64,000 bases of DNA from Candidatus Woesearchaeota archaeon (lineage in GTDB: Archaea; Nanobdellota; Nanobdellia; Woesearchaeales; JAZDKJ01). The DNA is taken from NCBI GenBank assembly GCA_043803105.1, contig JAZDKJ010000002.1, positions 32,001 to 96,000 of the forward strand, read 5' to 3'. How positions within the stretch are numbered: position 1 is the first letter of the stretch; the number at the start of each line of letters is the position of its first letter. Under the pieces are notes generated by a model that saw only the letters and a list, made by a program, of their open reading frames with translations, ran no database searches and was not told where the DNA came from. Below, piece by piece: positions 19,284-28,675 of this stretch. The translations under genes and the position numbers were made by a program.

Positions 19284-19460
19284 ATGGGACGCTCACCAAA
19301 TCATAAGGGTGCTGTCAAGCCCAAGCCAAAGTGGGCAAAAGAGCAGGACACTTTTCAGAGAGGCACCAAGTACCCCAATTGTGCAGGAACCTTTCCTGAT
19401 TGCCCTGCCGAGCCTAACGACAATGATTGCAGGCTTTGTCCGGTCTTTAGAAGGCTTTGA
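19284..19460 (+). CDS. small Cys-rich protein (58 aa; not in ORF track)
   Basis: MGRSPNHKGAVKPKPKW...C-x6-C-x8-CRLC; TTATTAATAA upstream; stop abuts the convergent gene at 19461. Confidence 0.6.
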   Translation: MGRSPNHKGAVKPKPKWAKEQDTFQRGTKYPNCAGTFPDCPAEPNDNDCRLCPVFRRL

Positions 19461-19799
19461 TTATTCGTCTTTCATCCGTTTTGCGAAAGCCTCGCTGCAT
19501 GACTTGATCTTCTGAAGCTCTGCCTCGCTCATAACCACCAGGTCGTGCGCAGTCTTCTGCTGCCCTGTATCTTTCTTTATGTTTGGATTGTGAAACGCCG
19601 TAGCCTCATTTAGCAGTTGCTCGTACCTTGCAAGGTGGTCTGCTATCTCATTGAATTCAGCCTTCCTCTGTTGAAGCGCTGTCTTGTGCTCTTCAAGCAC
19701 CTTCTTTACAACTTCGAATTGCTTGTTCCTTGATTCGACAACAGTCTTTTGCAGGTTCATTCTAAGTCCCATTGTTATCCTCCCTTGGCAAAAATCCAA
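19461..19799 (-). CDS. hypothetical coiled-coil protein (true start probably further in, after GGAGG)
   Basis: Helical ORF downstream of nuclease gene. Confidence 0.6.
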   Translation of the reverse strand: MDFCQGRITMGLRMNLQKTVVESRNKQFEVVKKVLEEHKTALQQRKAEFNEIADHLARYEQLLNEATAFHNPNIKKDTGQQKTAHDLVVMSEAELQKIKSCSEAFAKRMKDE

Positions 19800-19823
19800 A
19801 TCAAGAACTATAAATATGTTTCG

Positions 19824-20999
19824 CTATCTCTTGGAGAGCCTTATCGTCGTGTTCTCATCCCTCTTGATAAACCTTCCCAGCAGCTTGACTAACTCATCAG
19901 GCAAATCCCTGTTGTTGATCATCTTTGCTAGTTCATATGTATCAACTGTGGAAAGCTGCTCTGACAATCCGAGCTTTTTGATTGTCTCGACAAAATCATC
20001 CCTGTCATCATCAAATTTCTTTGGGAAGCTCAATCTTGGATAGCTTGATATGCTTGCTTTCTGGCTCGTGCCATAGACAACCTGTATTCCCTCTCGCTTG
20101 CAATAAGCAACTATGGCTTCCTTGAGCTTTTCTGCCTCTTCCTCTTTCTGGTTTTTTTCTGCTATGGCCTGGCTGTATTTGTTTACGAGCTCCACTCCGC
20201 TGTCCTTGAGATACTGGGTTTCCTCTAGTTCCTCGATCTTGAAAAGGTGTTTGAACCTAGGGCATTGGGGTTGGAACTCGCACCAGTCGCAGAGCGCGCT
20301 CTCGCTAGGCTTAAACTCTGTGCATGATTCTATCTTTGTTATGAGCTCCATGATTTCTGTTCTTAGGTCTGCGAGCTGCTCTTCTGTCCTGTATGAGACC
20401 ATCTCTTTGTCAAACGCAAGAAAGTGCCAGACCAGCCGTATGTTTTCGGCGTCTGGATACATTTTCTTGACACCGTAGGCATAAATCGCGAGCTGCCTAT
20501 CCTCATCAAGATCTTCCTGTTTAGGCAGTCTGCTGCTTGTCTTATAGTCATGTATTTCGTAGGTGTTGTCATTCACGCTCAGCCTGTCCATGCGTACATG
20601 TATACGGTACCCTTCGGTTAGCTCAACTGTGTCTTGTGTCTCGAGCCCTATAGTCCTGGTTTGGTTGAATGGATAATATCTTTTGTGATAGTCGCTTAGG
20701 TACCTTTCCCCCATCTGCCTATAGTTCTCTCTCGAATACTCCTCTCGAACGATTATTATCTTTTCGTCCCAGCTCTTCTGCCATTCGTTGTTATAGAAAT
20801 CTAGGAGCTCCTCTTTCTCCAGCACTTTCTCGAACTTTGCGTCTTTGTGTAGTTTTTCCAGTGCCTGGTGGACCATCGACCCAAGGAATGCTTCCACAGT
20901 GTTCTCGAACTCTGTCTCCAGCTCGTCTATGTACGAGAACTTGTACTTTAGAGGGCATTGCTCGTATGTCCCAAGCCTAGAATTTGAGTATGTCGGCAT
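19824..20999 (-). CDS. PD-(D/E)XK nuclease, RecB/AddB/Cas4-like
   Basis: YSNSRL..YEQCP, MDRL..IHDYKT, QLAIY, C-terminal CDWC-x5-C (possible Fe-S staple). Confidence 0.88.
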   Translation of the reverse strand: MPTYSNSRLGTYEQCPLKYKFSYIDELETEFENTVEAFLGSMVHQALEKLHKDAKFEKVLEKEELLDFYNNEWQKSWDEKIIIVREEYSRENYRQMGERYLSDYHKRYYPFNQTRTIGLETQDTVELTEGYRIHVRMDRLSVNDNTYEIHDYKTSSRLPKQEDLDEDRQLAIYAYGVKKMYPDAENIRLVWHFLAFDKEMVSYRTEEQLADLRTEIMELITKIESCTEFKPSESALCDWCEFQPQCPRFKHLFKIEELEETQYLKDSGVELVNKYSQAIAEKNQKEEEAEKLKEAIVAYCKREGIQVVYGTSQKASISSYPRLSFPKKFDDDRDDFVETIKKLGLSEQLSTVDTYELAKMINNRDLPDELVKLLGRFIKRDENTTIRLSKR

Positions 21000-21055
21000 C
21001 CCACAGATTCTGGCATTGTCTTATTTAAGTCTTGTGCCAGATTGTCCAGTGAGAA

Positions 21056-21634
21056 CTAGGGCGTGGATTTTGGTTTTTGGCTGTACAATTTGCACAGGCC
21101 TTCGTAGATCCACTCAGAAAAAGGATCTGTCTTTACTATATCCCTTGATTCTGTCATGGTTTTGTTACGAGTATACAGCGTTAAGCCGAGCGTTGCCTCT
21201 AGCGCTTCCGTAGTAAGGTCCCTTTCCCGAATATCGCTCGGAGAAACATTATGACTCGTGAATCTACGGACCTTAAGCCGGCAAATGTCATCTGCAGGTG
21301 TATTCACTTCAATAAAATACCGTGCCTTCAAGTCTCCCAGGACAAAATGCCTTATGTCAATTGTGTCAGAGCCGATCTTGTAATCCCATAGCAGTGCCCT
21401 CACCGGTGTGGCCCCAATGTCCTTCACTCGAATTTGGGTTTCCCCTGACATATCAGACCTTTGCACTGTGGGTATATGGTGTTGCAAAAGGTACCATTGG
21501 CTTACGTGGTGTGCAATGCTTGCCTCTTGGACCACATTGAGGACATTCTGTATATCAATTTCAAGTGTCATATCTTGGGTAAGGCGACAGTAATATTTAA
21601 GCAATTCTGGACTGTGGTGGTCATCTTCTAACAT
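21056..21634 (-). CDS. hypothetical protein
   Basis: 192-aa ATG ORF with GAGG RBS. Confidence 0.6.
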   Translation of the reverse strand: MLEDDHHSPELLKYYCRLTQDMTLEIDIQNVLNVVQEASIAHHVSQWYLLQHHIPTVQRSDMSGETQIRVKDIGATPVRALLWDYKIGSDTIDIRHFVLGDLKARYFIEVNTPADDICRLKVRRFTSHNVSPSDIRERDLTTEALEATLGLTLYTRNKTMTESRDIVKTDPFSEWIYEGLCKLYSQKPKSTP

Positions 21635-21714
21635 ACATTTTCCTCAAGACATTTGCGCTCGGAAAATTCTCTGATGGCTTTCATGAAGCATAAGCTTTAA
21701 AAGGGAAACACTGA

Positions 21715-22758
21715 ATGGCGCAGATAATGAAACATAAGAAAAAATCCTCGCTGAAAGGAATGATATTGACAGCTTCAGCCATTGGTGTTTTAGGAGTCAT
21801 TAGCGCTACTGAAGTCTACAAGCAGAGCCTTTCTCCTGTTGTTGGATTGGAAAATACTCTTGCCCCGCGCCATTTCAGGGTTGAACACGAGCAGAATCCT
21901 GCCAACAAGTTTGTTATTGACTTCCCTGTTGATGCTCCAGGCACACAGAATGTCTTGAAGTTCATCGACCCAAAGGCTAATCATGCGATAGTCTCAATCC
22001 AGCAGTCTGAATTGTCAGGAGCCAATAACCTGACTGAGAAAGAGTATGTTAAGAAGGTTCAGGATGATATTTTCGAGTTCTTGTCATTCATGCGAAATCG
22101 TTATGGAATTTCCAAGGTCTATCAGGAAAGGATCTCTCCTGAGACAAAAAAGATTGTCGACCTCGAGCTAAAGATGGCTCAGGGAGACTACAGCAATGAT
22201 ATTGTTCACTCCTTGAACTACCATTATGGTAACCTTGCGAAAAGCGTCGAGGCTATTGCCTCTAAGTTACCAGATTATGGGAATAAGGACTTGAAGCAGT
22301 TCTATCTGAGTAGATTCAAATGGACTGACAAGCAGGCCTATATTTATATGAACAATATCAACGACGAGCTTCAACATAATGCTGTCTTCAGGCTTGCCAC
22401 ATTAGGACAGGTAGATATACTGCCCGCAGAATCGCTTCCTGATCGTGTTGCCATGGAATACCTGAACTTCTTTCTTCAGAACACCCCAGCAGATAACCCT
22501 ATAATGGCTGAATTGTCACATGACTTTCAAAAGGCAAAGCGCGACAGGGAAAAGGTTTTTCTTAAGATCGCTTCAGAAAGCCCTGATCCATATGTTGCAG
22601 TCGTTTACGGTTTCCTGCATGATTACTCAGACTATTTCAATGCCAGAGGCAATCACAATTTCGCGGATGCAGTAAATTTCTGGAAGGCCAGCAATCCTTC
22701 AAAGGATTTCTCTCTTATTCAGGCTACGCCAACACATCATGCACTCACCCTGCATTGA
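21715..22758 (+). CDS. hypothetical protein with N-terminal membrane anchor/signal
   Basis: Basic N-terminus followed by hydrophobic helix; 347 aa. Confidence 0.7.
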   Translation: MAQIMKHKKKSSLKGMILTASAIGVLGVISATEVYKQSLSPVVGLENTLAPRHFRVEHEQNPANKFVIDFPVDAPGTQNVLKFIDPKANHAIVSIQQSELSGANNLTEKEYVKKVQDDIFEFLSFMRNRYGISKVYQERISPETKKIVDLELKMAQGDYSNDIVHSLNYHYGNLAKSVEAIASKLPDYGNKDLKQFYLSRFKWTDKQAYIYMNNINDELQHNAVFRLATLGQVDILPAESLPDRVAMEYLNFFLQNTPADNPIMAELSHDFQKAKRDREKVFLKIASESPDPYVAVVYGFLHDYSDYFNARGNHNFADAVNFWKASNPSKDFSLIQATPTHHALTLH

Positions 22759-22792
22759 AGAATATCAATTTGCCTTTCTGAATAATGATTGG

Positions 22793-23749
22793 CTATTTCA
22801 GGTATATGTTACCAAAGTCTTTGTGGTAGAAGTATTCATCCTCTGTTTGCGCACCTTCCTTGAGGTCTGTCATCTGCAACACCTTTGCGTCCAGTTGGTC
22901 TGCATAGTAGACAACAAGCGCTTCAGGAAAGCTTGGCTTCTTGTTGCTCCCATACTCCCCCATGTGTGTAAGCACCATGTGCAGCACCTTCAGCTTGAGG
23001 TCCTCAGGTAGGTGCAGTTGATCCATTACAGGTGATAGCATCTGCATTCCTATGGTCACATGGCCTAAGAGCATTCCTTTTGTGCTCACCCTGATGTTTG
23101 TCGTGACCACAAACTCATCCATCTTGCCCAGGTCATGGAGCAGCGCACCTGTTATGACCAGGTCCCTGTCAAGGCTTGGATGCACCTTTACAATGTCCTC
23201 TCCTAGTTTTGCCACACTAAGAGAGTGTTCCAAAAGCCCGCCAAGCCAACCATGGTGTATGTACATTGCTGCAGGGCTCTCCTTAAACCTTGCGGCAAAT
23301 TGCTGGTCAAGGAAAAAGTGCTCAAGAAGCTTTCTTAAGTCCTTGTCGCAGACGCTTTGCACATATGAAAGCAATTCCTTGTACATCTCCTCTACCTGCT
23401 TTGTTGTCTGCCTGACAAAGTCTCTTATATCATAATCCCCCTTTGTTATTACCTTGATGGTGTTCTGCTCGTTTGCAGAGATCTCCAGCTGGTTGTTCCA
23501 CTCATTCACCCTCCCCTGTGCAAGCACAACATCATCTGGCCTTATGAGTTCATACAGAAGTTTGACCTTTGCCTCTTCGCTTGGCCCCCAGTACTTGTAC
23601 ATTATTTCCTTTGAGCTGTCGCCAAGCCTAAGCTCGAATTTATAGCCGTTCTTGTAAGCCTCTATGGGCTTCTTGAACTTAACGACAAAGATGTCACTTA
23701 CCAGCTCATCTTTCTTCAAGTCTTTGATATATTGTTTTTTTGTGAGCAT
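22793..23749 (-). CDS. YhaM/Cbf1-like OB-fold + HD 3'-5' exonuclease
   Basis: N-terminal OB, PAAMYIHH..GGLLEHS, LLHDLGK, ADQLDA. Confidence 0.9.
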   Translation of the reverse strand: MLTKKQYIKDLKKDELVSDIFVVKFKKPIEAYKNGYKFELRLGDSSKEIMYKYWGPSEEAKVKLLYELIRPDDVVLAQGRVNEWNNQLEISANEQNTIKVITKGDYDIRDFVRQTTKQVEEMYKELLSYVQSVCDKDLRKLLEHFFLDQQFAARFKESPAAMYIHHGWLGGLLEHSLSVAKLGEDIVKVHPSLDRDLVITGALLHDLGKMDEFVVTTNIRVSTKGMLLGHVTIGMQMLSPVMDQLHLPEDLKLKVLHMVLTHMGEYGSNKKPSFPEALVVYYADQLDAKVLQMTDLKEGAQTEDEYFYHKDFGNIYLK

Positions 23750-23844
23750 TTACTGCTGTTAAGTCAGCAAGTTATATTAACTTTTCTAACGCAAAAGATT
23801 TAAAAACCACTCGTTCTTCTGTCTTGCTGAGGTGAAAAAATTCT

Positions 23845-26505
23845 ATGGCTTCGCAGCTTGACCGTCTCTTCAACCCCAAGACCATTGCCGTTATCGGGGC
23901 ATCTGAACGCCAGGATAGCGTTGGTTACGCAATCTTCCATAATCTTGGTTCCTATAAGGGAAAGGTCTACCCTATAAATCCTAAGCGTGACTCGATAAAC
24001 GGTGTAAAGGCCTATCCTCAGGTCAGCAATTGCCCTGAAAAGATTGACCTGGGAATCATTGCCACTCCCGCGGCAACCATTCCTCAAATTGTCGAAGATT
24101 GTGGCAAGTCTGGCGTTGCCGGCCTCGTCATAATCTCAGCTGGTTTTACAGAAGCTGGCAAGGATGGCCAATTGCTTGCAGACCAGGTCCTTGAGATTGC
24201 AAGAAAATATTCGATAAGGATCATCGGCCCTAACTGCCTTGGCTTTCTGAAGCCTTCCATCAGCCTTAATGCAAGTTTTTCAACAAAGATAATGCCTGCA
24301 GGCAGGGTTGCCTTCATTTCTCAGAGCGGCGCCTTGGGCACAGCAATCATTGACTGGGCTGTGCAGCGCAATATTGGCTTCAGCTATTTTGTCTCAGTTG
24401 GTTCGATGATTGACATTGGATTTCCCGACCTCATTGATTATTTTGGCTCTGACCCTGACACTACAACAATTCTCATCTATATGGAGACCATGAAGGATGC
24501 GAGAAGGTTTCTGAGCGCTGCACGTGCATTCACAAGGACAAAGCCAATAATTGTCCTTAAAGTCGGCAAGAGTGCTGAGGGCGCTAAGGCTGCCTTGTCT
24601 CACACCGGAAGTCTTGCAGGCAACGACGCTGTTTTCGACGCAGCATTCAGGCGGGCAGGAATTATCAGGGTCAAGACTGTAGAAGACCTTTTTGATTGCG
24701 CCCAGACACTTGCCCTGCAGAAAAGGCCTTTAGGTAAAAGGCTTGCAATCGTAACTAACGCCGGTGGCCCAGGCGTGATTGCCACTGATTATCTCATAGA
24801 AAAGGGCGGGGAGCTCGCAAAGATTTCTCCTGAGACCATAGAAAAGTTAAACTCTTTCCTTCCGCCCACCTGGAGCAAGGGAAATCCTGTTGATGTGTTG
24901 GGCGACGCAGACCATGAACGCTACAGGAAGGCGCTTGAACTTGTGATTGCAGAAAAAGGCAATGACGGCATCCTCATGATTCTCACCCCTCAGGCAATGA
25001 CTGACGCTCCTGCGATTGCCCGCGAGATTATCAGCCTTCCAAATCCTGAAAAGAAGACTTTGCTTGCTTCTTTCATCGGTGGAGATGATGTTAAGCTCGC
25101 CGTAGACATGCTTGAGAAGGGCGGCATCCCAACCTTTGTGATTCCAGAACACGCAGTGCGCTGCTTCATGTTTATGTATTCCTACTCAAGAAATCTTGAG
25201 CTGCTTTACGAAACCCCTGCGACAATTCCCCATGCATTCAAGCCTGATACCGAAAAGAATAGGGCTCTTATCCAGAAGATTGTCTCAGAAAACCGGTTTG
25301 TCTTGACAGAAATGGAATCAAAGCAGCTTGTGGCAAATTATGGCATTCCCGTTACCAAACATGCAGTTGCTAGGAGCCCAGCTGATGCTGCCAAGATTGC
25401 AGCAAAGATAGGCTTTCCTGTAGTGATGAAGATTCTCTCCCAGGACATTATCCACAAGACAAATGTTGGTGGTGTTAAGGTGGGCATTAAATCAGCTGCT
25501 GAGGCAAAATCTGCGTTCACCCAAATAATCTCTTCTGCAAAGAAGGCAATGCCAAAGGCAAGGATTGAGGGTGTATTTGTTGAGAAAATGGTCTCAAAGA
25601 AGTATGAGCTGCTGATTGGAGCAAAAAAAGATCCATTGTTCGGTCCTGTGATTGTCTTCGGCATGGGTGGTGTTGCAGTTGAAGTGTTCAAGGACACTAG
25701 CATAGGTCTGCCGCCACTAAATATGGCGCTCGCAATGCGCCTCATCAGCGAGACAACGATTTACAATCTTCTCAAGGGATACAGGGGCATGCCTGGTGTT
25801 GATCTGAAATCAATCCAGTTCCTTCTATACAAGTTTGCCTACCTTGTCATGGATTTCCCAGAGATTAAAGAGATAGACATCAACCCTTTTGCTGTTGACG
25901 AGTCCGGTGGCATCGTCCTTGATGCAAAGGTTGTGCTTGATGAGGCAGTCATCGGCAAGCCAGTGAAGCCGTATTCTCACATGGTAATCTCACCGTATCC
26001 AAAGGAATACATAATCAAATGGAAGACAAAGAAAGGCAAGCCTGTCATTATTCGCCCAATCAAGCCCGAAGACGAAGAGCTCTGCCGCGAGATGTTCTCA
26101 TCATTTTCAGAGGCAACACAAAGGCTCAGGTTTTTTACTGTCATCAAGGATATTTCGCACGACCTTCTTGTCAGGTTCACACAGATTGATTACGACAGGG
26201 AGATTTCCCTGGTTGCAGAGGTCGAGGAAAAGCGCAAAAAAAAGATTATAGGTTTGGTGAGGCTTGTGCAGAACCTGTCTGACAGTTCTGCGGAGTTCTC
26301 CCTTGTTGTCTCTGACAGCCTTCAGGGGCAGGGCCTTGGCAGCAAGTTCACAGACTATATTCTTGAGATAGCAAAGGGCCGCAATATCAAGAGGGTTTAT
26401 GCTGATTTCTCGTTTGACAACGCCCCAATAAGCAGCATCTTCAAGAAAAGGGGCTTTAGGCTAACGCCAAATCATGAGAAGGTGCATGCTGAGCTAGACC
26501 TTTAA
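23845..26505 (+). CDS. ADP-forming acetate-CoA ligase (alpha+beta) fused to GNAT acetyltransferase
   Basis: IAVIGAS, IIGPNCLG, SQSGA, SHTGSLAG, HKTNVGGV, EIDINP, C-terminal QGQGLG GNAT motif. Confidence 0.92.
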   Translation: MASQLDRLFNPKTIAVIGASERQDSVGYAIFHNLGSYKGKVYPINPKRDSINGVKAYPQVSNCPEKIDLGIIATPAATIPQIVEDCGKSGVAGLVIISAGFTEAGKDGQLLADQVLEIARKYSIRIIGPNCLGFLKPSISLNASFSTKIMPAGRVAFISQSGALGTAIIDWAVQRNIGFSYFVSVGSMIDIGFPDLIDYFGSDPDTTTILIYMETMKDARRFLSAARAFTRTKPIIVLKVGKSAEGAKAALSHTGSLAGNDAVFDAAFRRAGIIRVKTVEDLFDCAQTLALQKRPLGKRLAIVTNAGGPGVIATDYLIEKGGELAKISPETIEKLNSFLPPTWSKGNPVDVLGDADHERYRKALELVIAEKGNDGILMILTPQAMTDAPAIAREIISLPNPEKKTLLASFIGGDDVKLAVDMLEKGGIPTFVIPEHAVRCFMFMYSYSRNLELLYETPATIPHAFKPDTEKNRALIQKIVSENRFVLTEMESKQLVANYGIPVTKHAVARSPADAAKIAAKIGFPVVMKILSQDIIHKTNVGGVKVGIKSAAEAKSAFTQIISSAKKAMPKARIEGVFVEKMVSKKYELLIGAKKDPLFGPVIVFGMGGVAVEVFKDTSIGLPPLNMALAMRLISETTIYNLLKGYRGMPGVDLKSIQFLLYKFAYLVMDFPEIKEIDINPFAVDESGGIVLDAKVVLDEAVIGKPVKPYSHMVISPYPKEYIIKWKTKKGKPVIIRPIKPEDEELCREMFSSFSEATQRLRFFTVIKDISHDLLVRFTQIDYDREISLVAEVEEKRKKKIIGLVRLVQNLSDSSAEFSLVVSDSLQGQGLGSKFTDYILEIAKGRNIKRVYADFSFDNAPISSIFKKRGFRLTPNHEKVHAELDL

Positions 26506-26606
26506 TTGTCTTTTTATGCTTAAAGCTCATGAATTAGTTACTTTAAAATACTTCTTAGGGCTATGAAACTGCCAGTGGTGGCTCAAGATTGTATAAGGTG
26601 AACAAA

Positions 26607-26807
26607 ATGGGAAAGTGTCCACAATGCCTAGGCGACAATACCAAATTTGTGCAATACATGGGCATAAACTGCCTTGTGTGCAATGACTGCGGCTACAGTG
26701 AGATTGAGAACCTGGAGGTATATCCTGAAGACCGCGGCTCACAGAAGGCAAAGGCAAGATACTCTTCCTATAAGGCGGGCGGCCCAAGAAGGACTGTGCA
26801 GCACTAG
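26607..26807 (+). CDS. small zinc-ribbon protein
   Basis: CPQC...CNDC; AGGTG RBS before ATG 26607. Confidence 0.7.
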   Translation: MGKCPQCLGDNTKFVQYMGINCLVCNDCGYSEIENLEVYPEDRGSQKAKARYSSYKAGGPRRTVQH

Positions 26808-26930
26808 GTCGGCAATCCTGCTAAGACAGATTTAGTTAAAACTGTTTTTATAGACTTAAAGCAAAGCTTGTTAACGCGGTGGAAAAGCATTTAAACCAAA
26901 GAATCTTCTTTGAGTCAGGGGTGATATGCT

Positions 26931-27077
26931 ATGGCTGAAAAGAGATTCTTTAGGTGTAAGGTTTGTGGCGATATTCATTTTGGTGCTGCAGGGCCTGAGA
27001 TCTGCCCAACATGCCACACCAAGAATGCATATCTTCCTGTTAGTATGGAAGAGGCGAAAAAACAGATGAAGTTTTAG
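26931..27077 (+). CDS. rubredoxin-like protein (48 aa; not in ORF track)
   Basis: MAEKRFFRCKVCGDIHFGAAGPEICPTC...; GGGGTG RBS; ends 12 bp before sod. Confidence 0.8.
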   Translation: MAEKRFFRCKVCGDIHFGAAGPEICPTCHTKNAYLPVSMEEAKKQMKF

Positions 27078-27089
27078 CAAGGTGAAACC

Positions 27090-27680
27090 ATGGATAAGGT
27101 CTATGAATTACCAAAGCTAGCGTTTGCTTATGATGCTCTCGCTCCTCACATTTCAGAACAGCAGCTGACTATACATCATCAAAAGCACCATCAGGCTTAT
27201 GTCAATGCAGCAAACAAGATTCTCGAAAGGATTGACCAGGCAAGAAAGGACAACATCGACATCGATATGAAGGCAACCTTGAAAGACCTTTCTTTTCAAA
27301 TTGGAGGCCATCTCCTTCATTCTTTATTCTGGGAAAACCTTTCACCTAAAGGTGGAGGTGTGCCTGGAGGAAGGATTGCACAGCTGATTGAAAAAGAATT
27401 TGGGAGCTTTGACCGCTTCAAGAAGGAATTTACGCAGGCAGCAGCGATGGTAGAAGGCTCAGGTTGGGCTGCGTTGACATTCTGCAAGCTCACAAATCGG
27501 CCTATCATAATGCAGATTGAGAAGCACAACACAAACGTCTATCCTATGTTCAACATTCTACTTGTCCTTGATGTCTTCGAGCATGCCTACTACCTTGACT
27601 ACAAAAATGACAGGGCAAAGTTCATCGAGGCTTTCTGGAATATAGTCAATTGGGATGCTGTGAACAAAAGATTGGGTTGA
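27090..27680 (+). CDS. sod: Fe/Mn superoxide dismutase
   Basis: [28 protein letters not shown]. Confidence 0.97.
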   Translation: MDKVYELPKLAFAYDALAPHISEQQLTIHHQKHHQAYVNAANKILERIDQARKDNIDIDMKATLKDLSFQIGGHLLHSLFWENLSPKGGGVPGGRIAQLIEKEFGSFDRFKKEFTQAAAMVEGSGWAALTFCKLTNRPIIMQIEKHNTNVYPMFNILLVLDVFEHAYYLDYKNDRAKFIEAFWNIVNWDAVNKRLG

Positions 27681-27756
27681 GAAGCCGAGTAGACAAAAGG
27701 AGTCAATACAGGTAATAGGTTGCTTGTTTCTAATTTGTATTCGAGCACCAAAGAAG

Positions 27757-28131
27757 TTCAAGGCGCCGAGGATTTGTATCTACCATCAAATGGAAATATT
27801 TATATGAATGGGGCAGATACCTATAAAGGATGGAGCTACCAGAAAAGTTCACGGGGAACCATTTTGTGGAAGTCTATCAAAGGCGAGATGGTCCTTATGA
27901 TGCAGTATTTATTACAGGTATAGGGCCTGATGGCATTGACGAGTCCCGTCAAGTAAGGCAACTGAGGCGGGGAATAGGTGACAGGTTCGTTTGTTATTTT
28001 GCTCGCAAAAATCGAGATTTCTACATGAAAGTTATGGATTGGGCTGCAAAGTTGGATCCTAAAGAACAGCTTCAAAGTTGTCAGATTGAACTTTCAGATA
28101 TTCTACAATAAATATATCCGGGCGCCTTGAA
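27757..28131. repeat. 11-bp inverted repeats flanking an orphan ORF
   Basis: TTCAAGGCGCC (27757-27767) and GGCGCCTTGAA (28121-28131). Confidence 0.5.
27830..28111 (+). CDS. hypothetical protein (93 aa)
   Basis: ATG ORF with upstream TTTATAT. Confidence 0.55.
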   Translation: MELPEKFTGNHFVEVYQRRDGPYDAVFITGIGPDGIDESRQVRQLRRGIGDRFVCYFARKNRDFYMKVMDWAAKLDPKEQLQSCQIELSDILQ

Positions 28132-28231
28132 TTGAACATAATCGGTGTTAAATTGCCCGAAGCCAGAGGACGAGGAGCGGAGAAGTCCGGAAAACGCAAT
28201 ATTTTAAAGGTAGAGTTGATTCTCAATAATC

Positions 28232-28504
28232 ATGATACAACCAAATTTTGATTATTTACTTCAGGAGTATGGTGCAATGAAAGATATTACTGAAGAAGGT
28301 GTAGCTGGACAGACTAGATATAGGATGAAAGGCGAAAAGGGATGGATGTCCAGAGAAAGAGTATATGGAGTCTTAGTAGCTACATATAGAGCAATTGAAG
28401 AATCTAGGCGTATTGGTGAAGCAAAGAAATTACGGGCATTGGAGGACGCATTTGGACCGGATGAACTTGTGGATCCAATTGCTTTAGGTGTGCCTCTTGG
28501 GTAA
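28232..28504 (+). CDS. hypothetical protein (90 aa)
   Basis: ATG ORF with upstream TTTTAAA; more AT-rich than flanks. Confidence 0.55.
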   Translation: MIQPNFDYLLQEYGAMKDITEEGVAGQTRYRMKGEKGWMSRERVYGVLVATYRAIEESRRIGEAKKLRALEDAFGPDELVDPIALGVPLG

Positions 28505-28675
28505 TCTTGTTTTTTCTGAATTACATATCATATAAGCCATTCAGCGAAGTTGCGAGGCTATCTGTTGCGAACCACCTGAGGGCACTTCCTTTTTTTCATT
28601 CTGTAAAAAGTATCACAAGGAAATTCATTTAACGATTGTAAAATCTTAAAAAGGTATGCTTGTTCTGGAGATTTT

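Noticed and set aside
19276-19515. 79-aa ORF in the track
   Set aside because: TTG start, overlaps the convergent gene; the alternative-frame ORF 19284-19460 fits better
19824-20999. Cas4 as evidence of a CRISPR-Cas system
   Set aside because: No cas1/cas2 or array in the window
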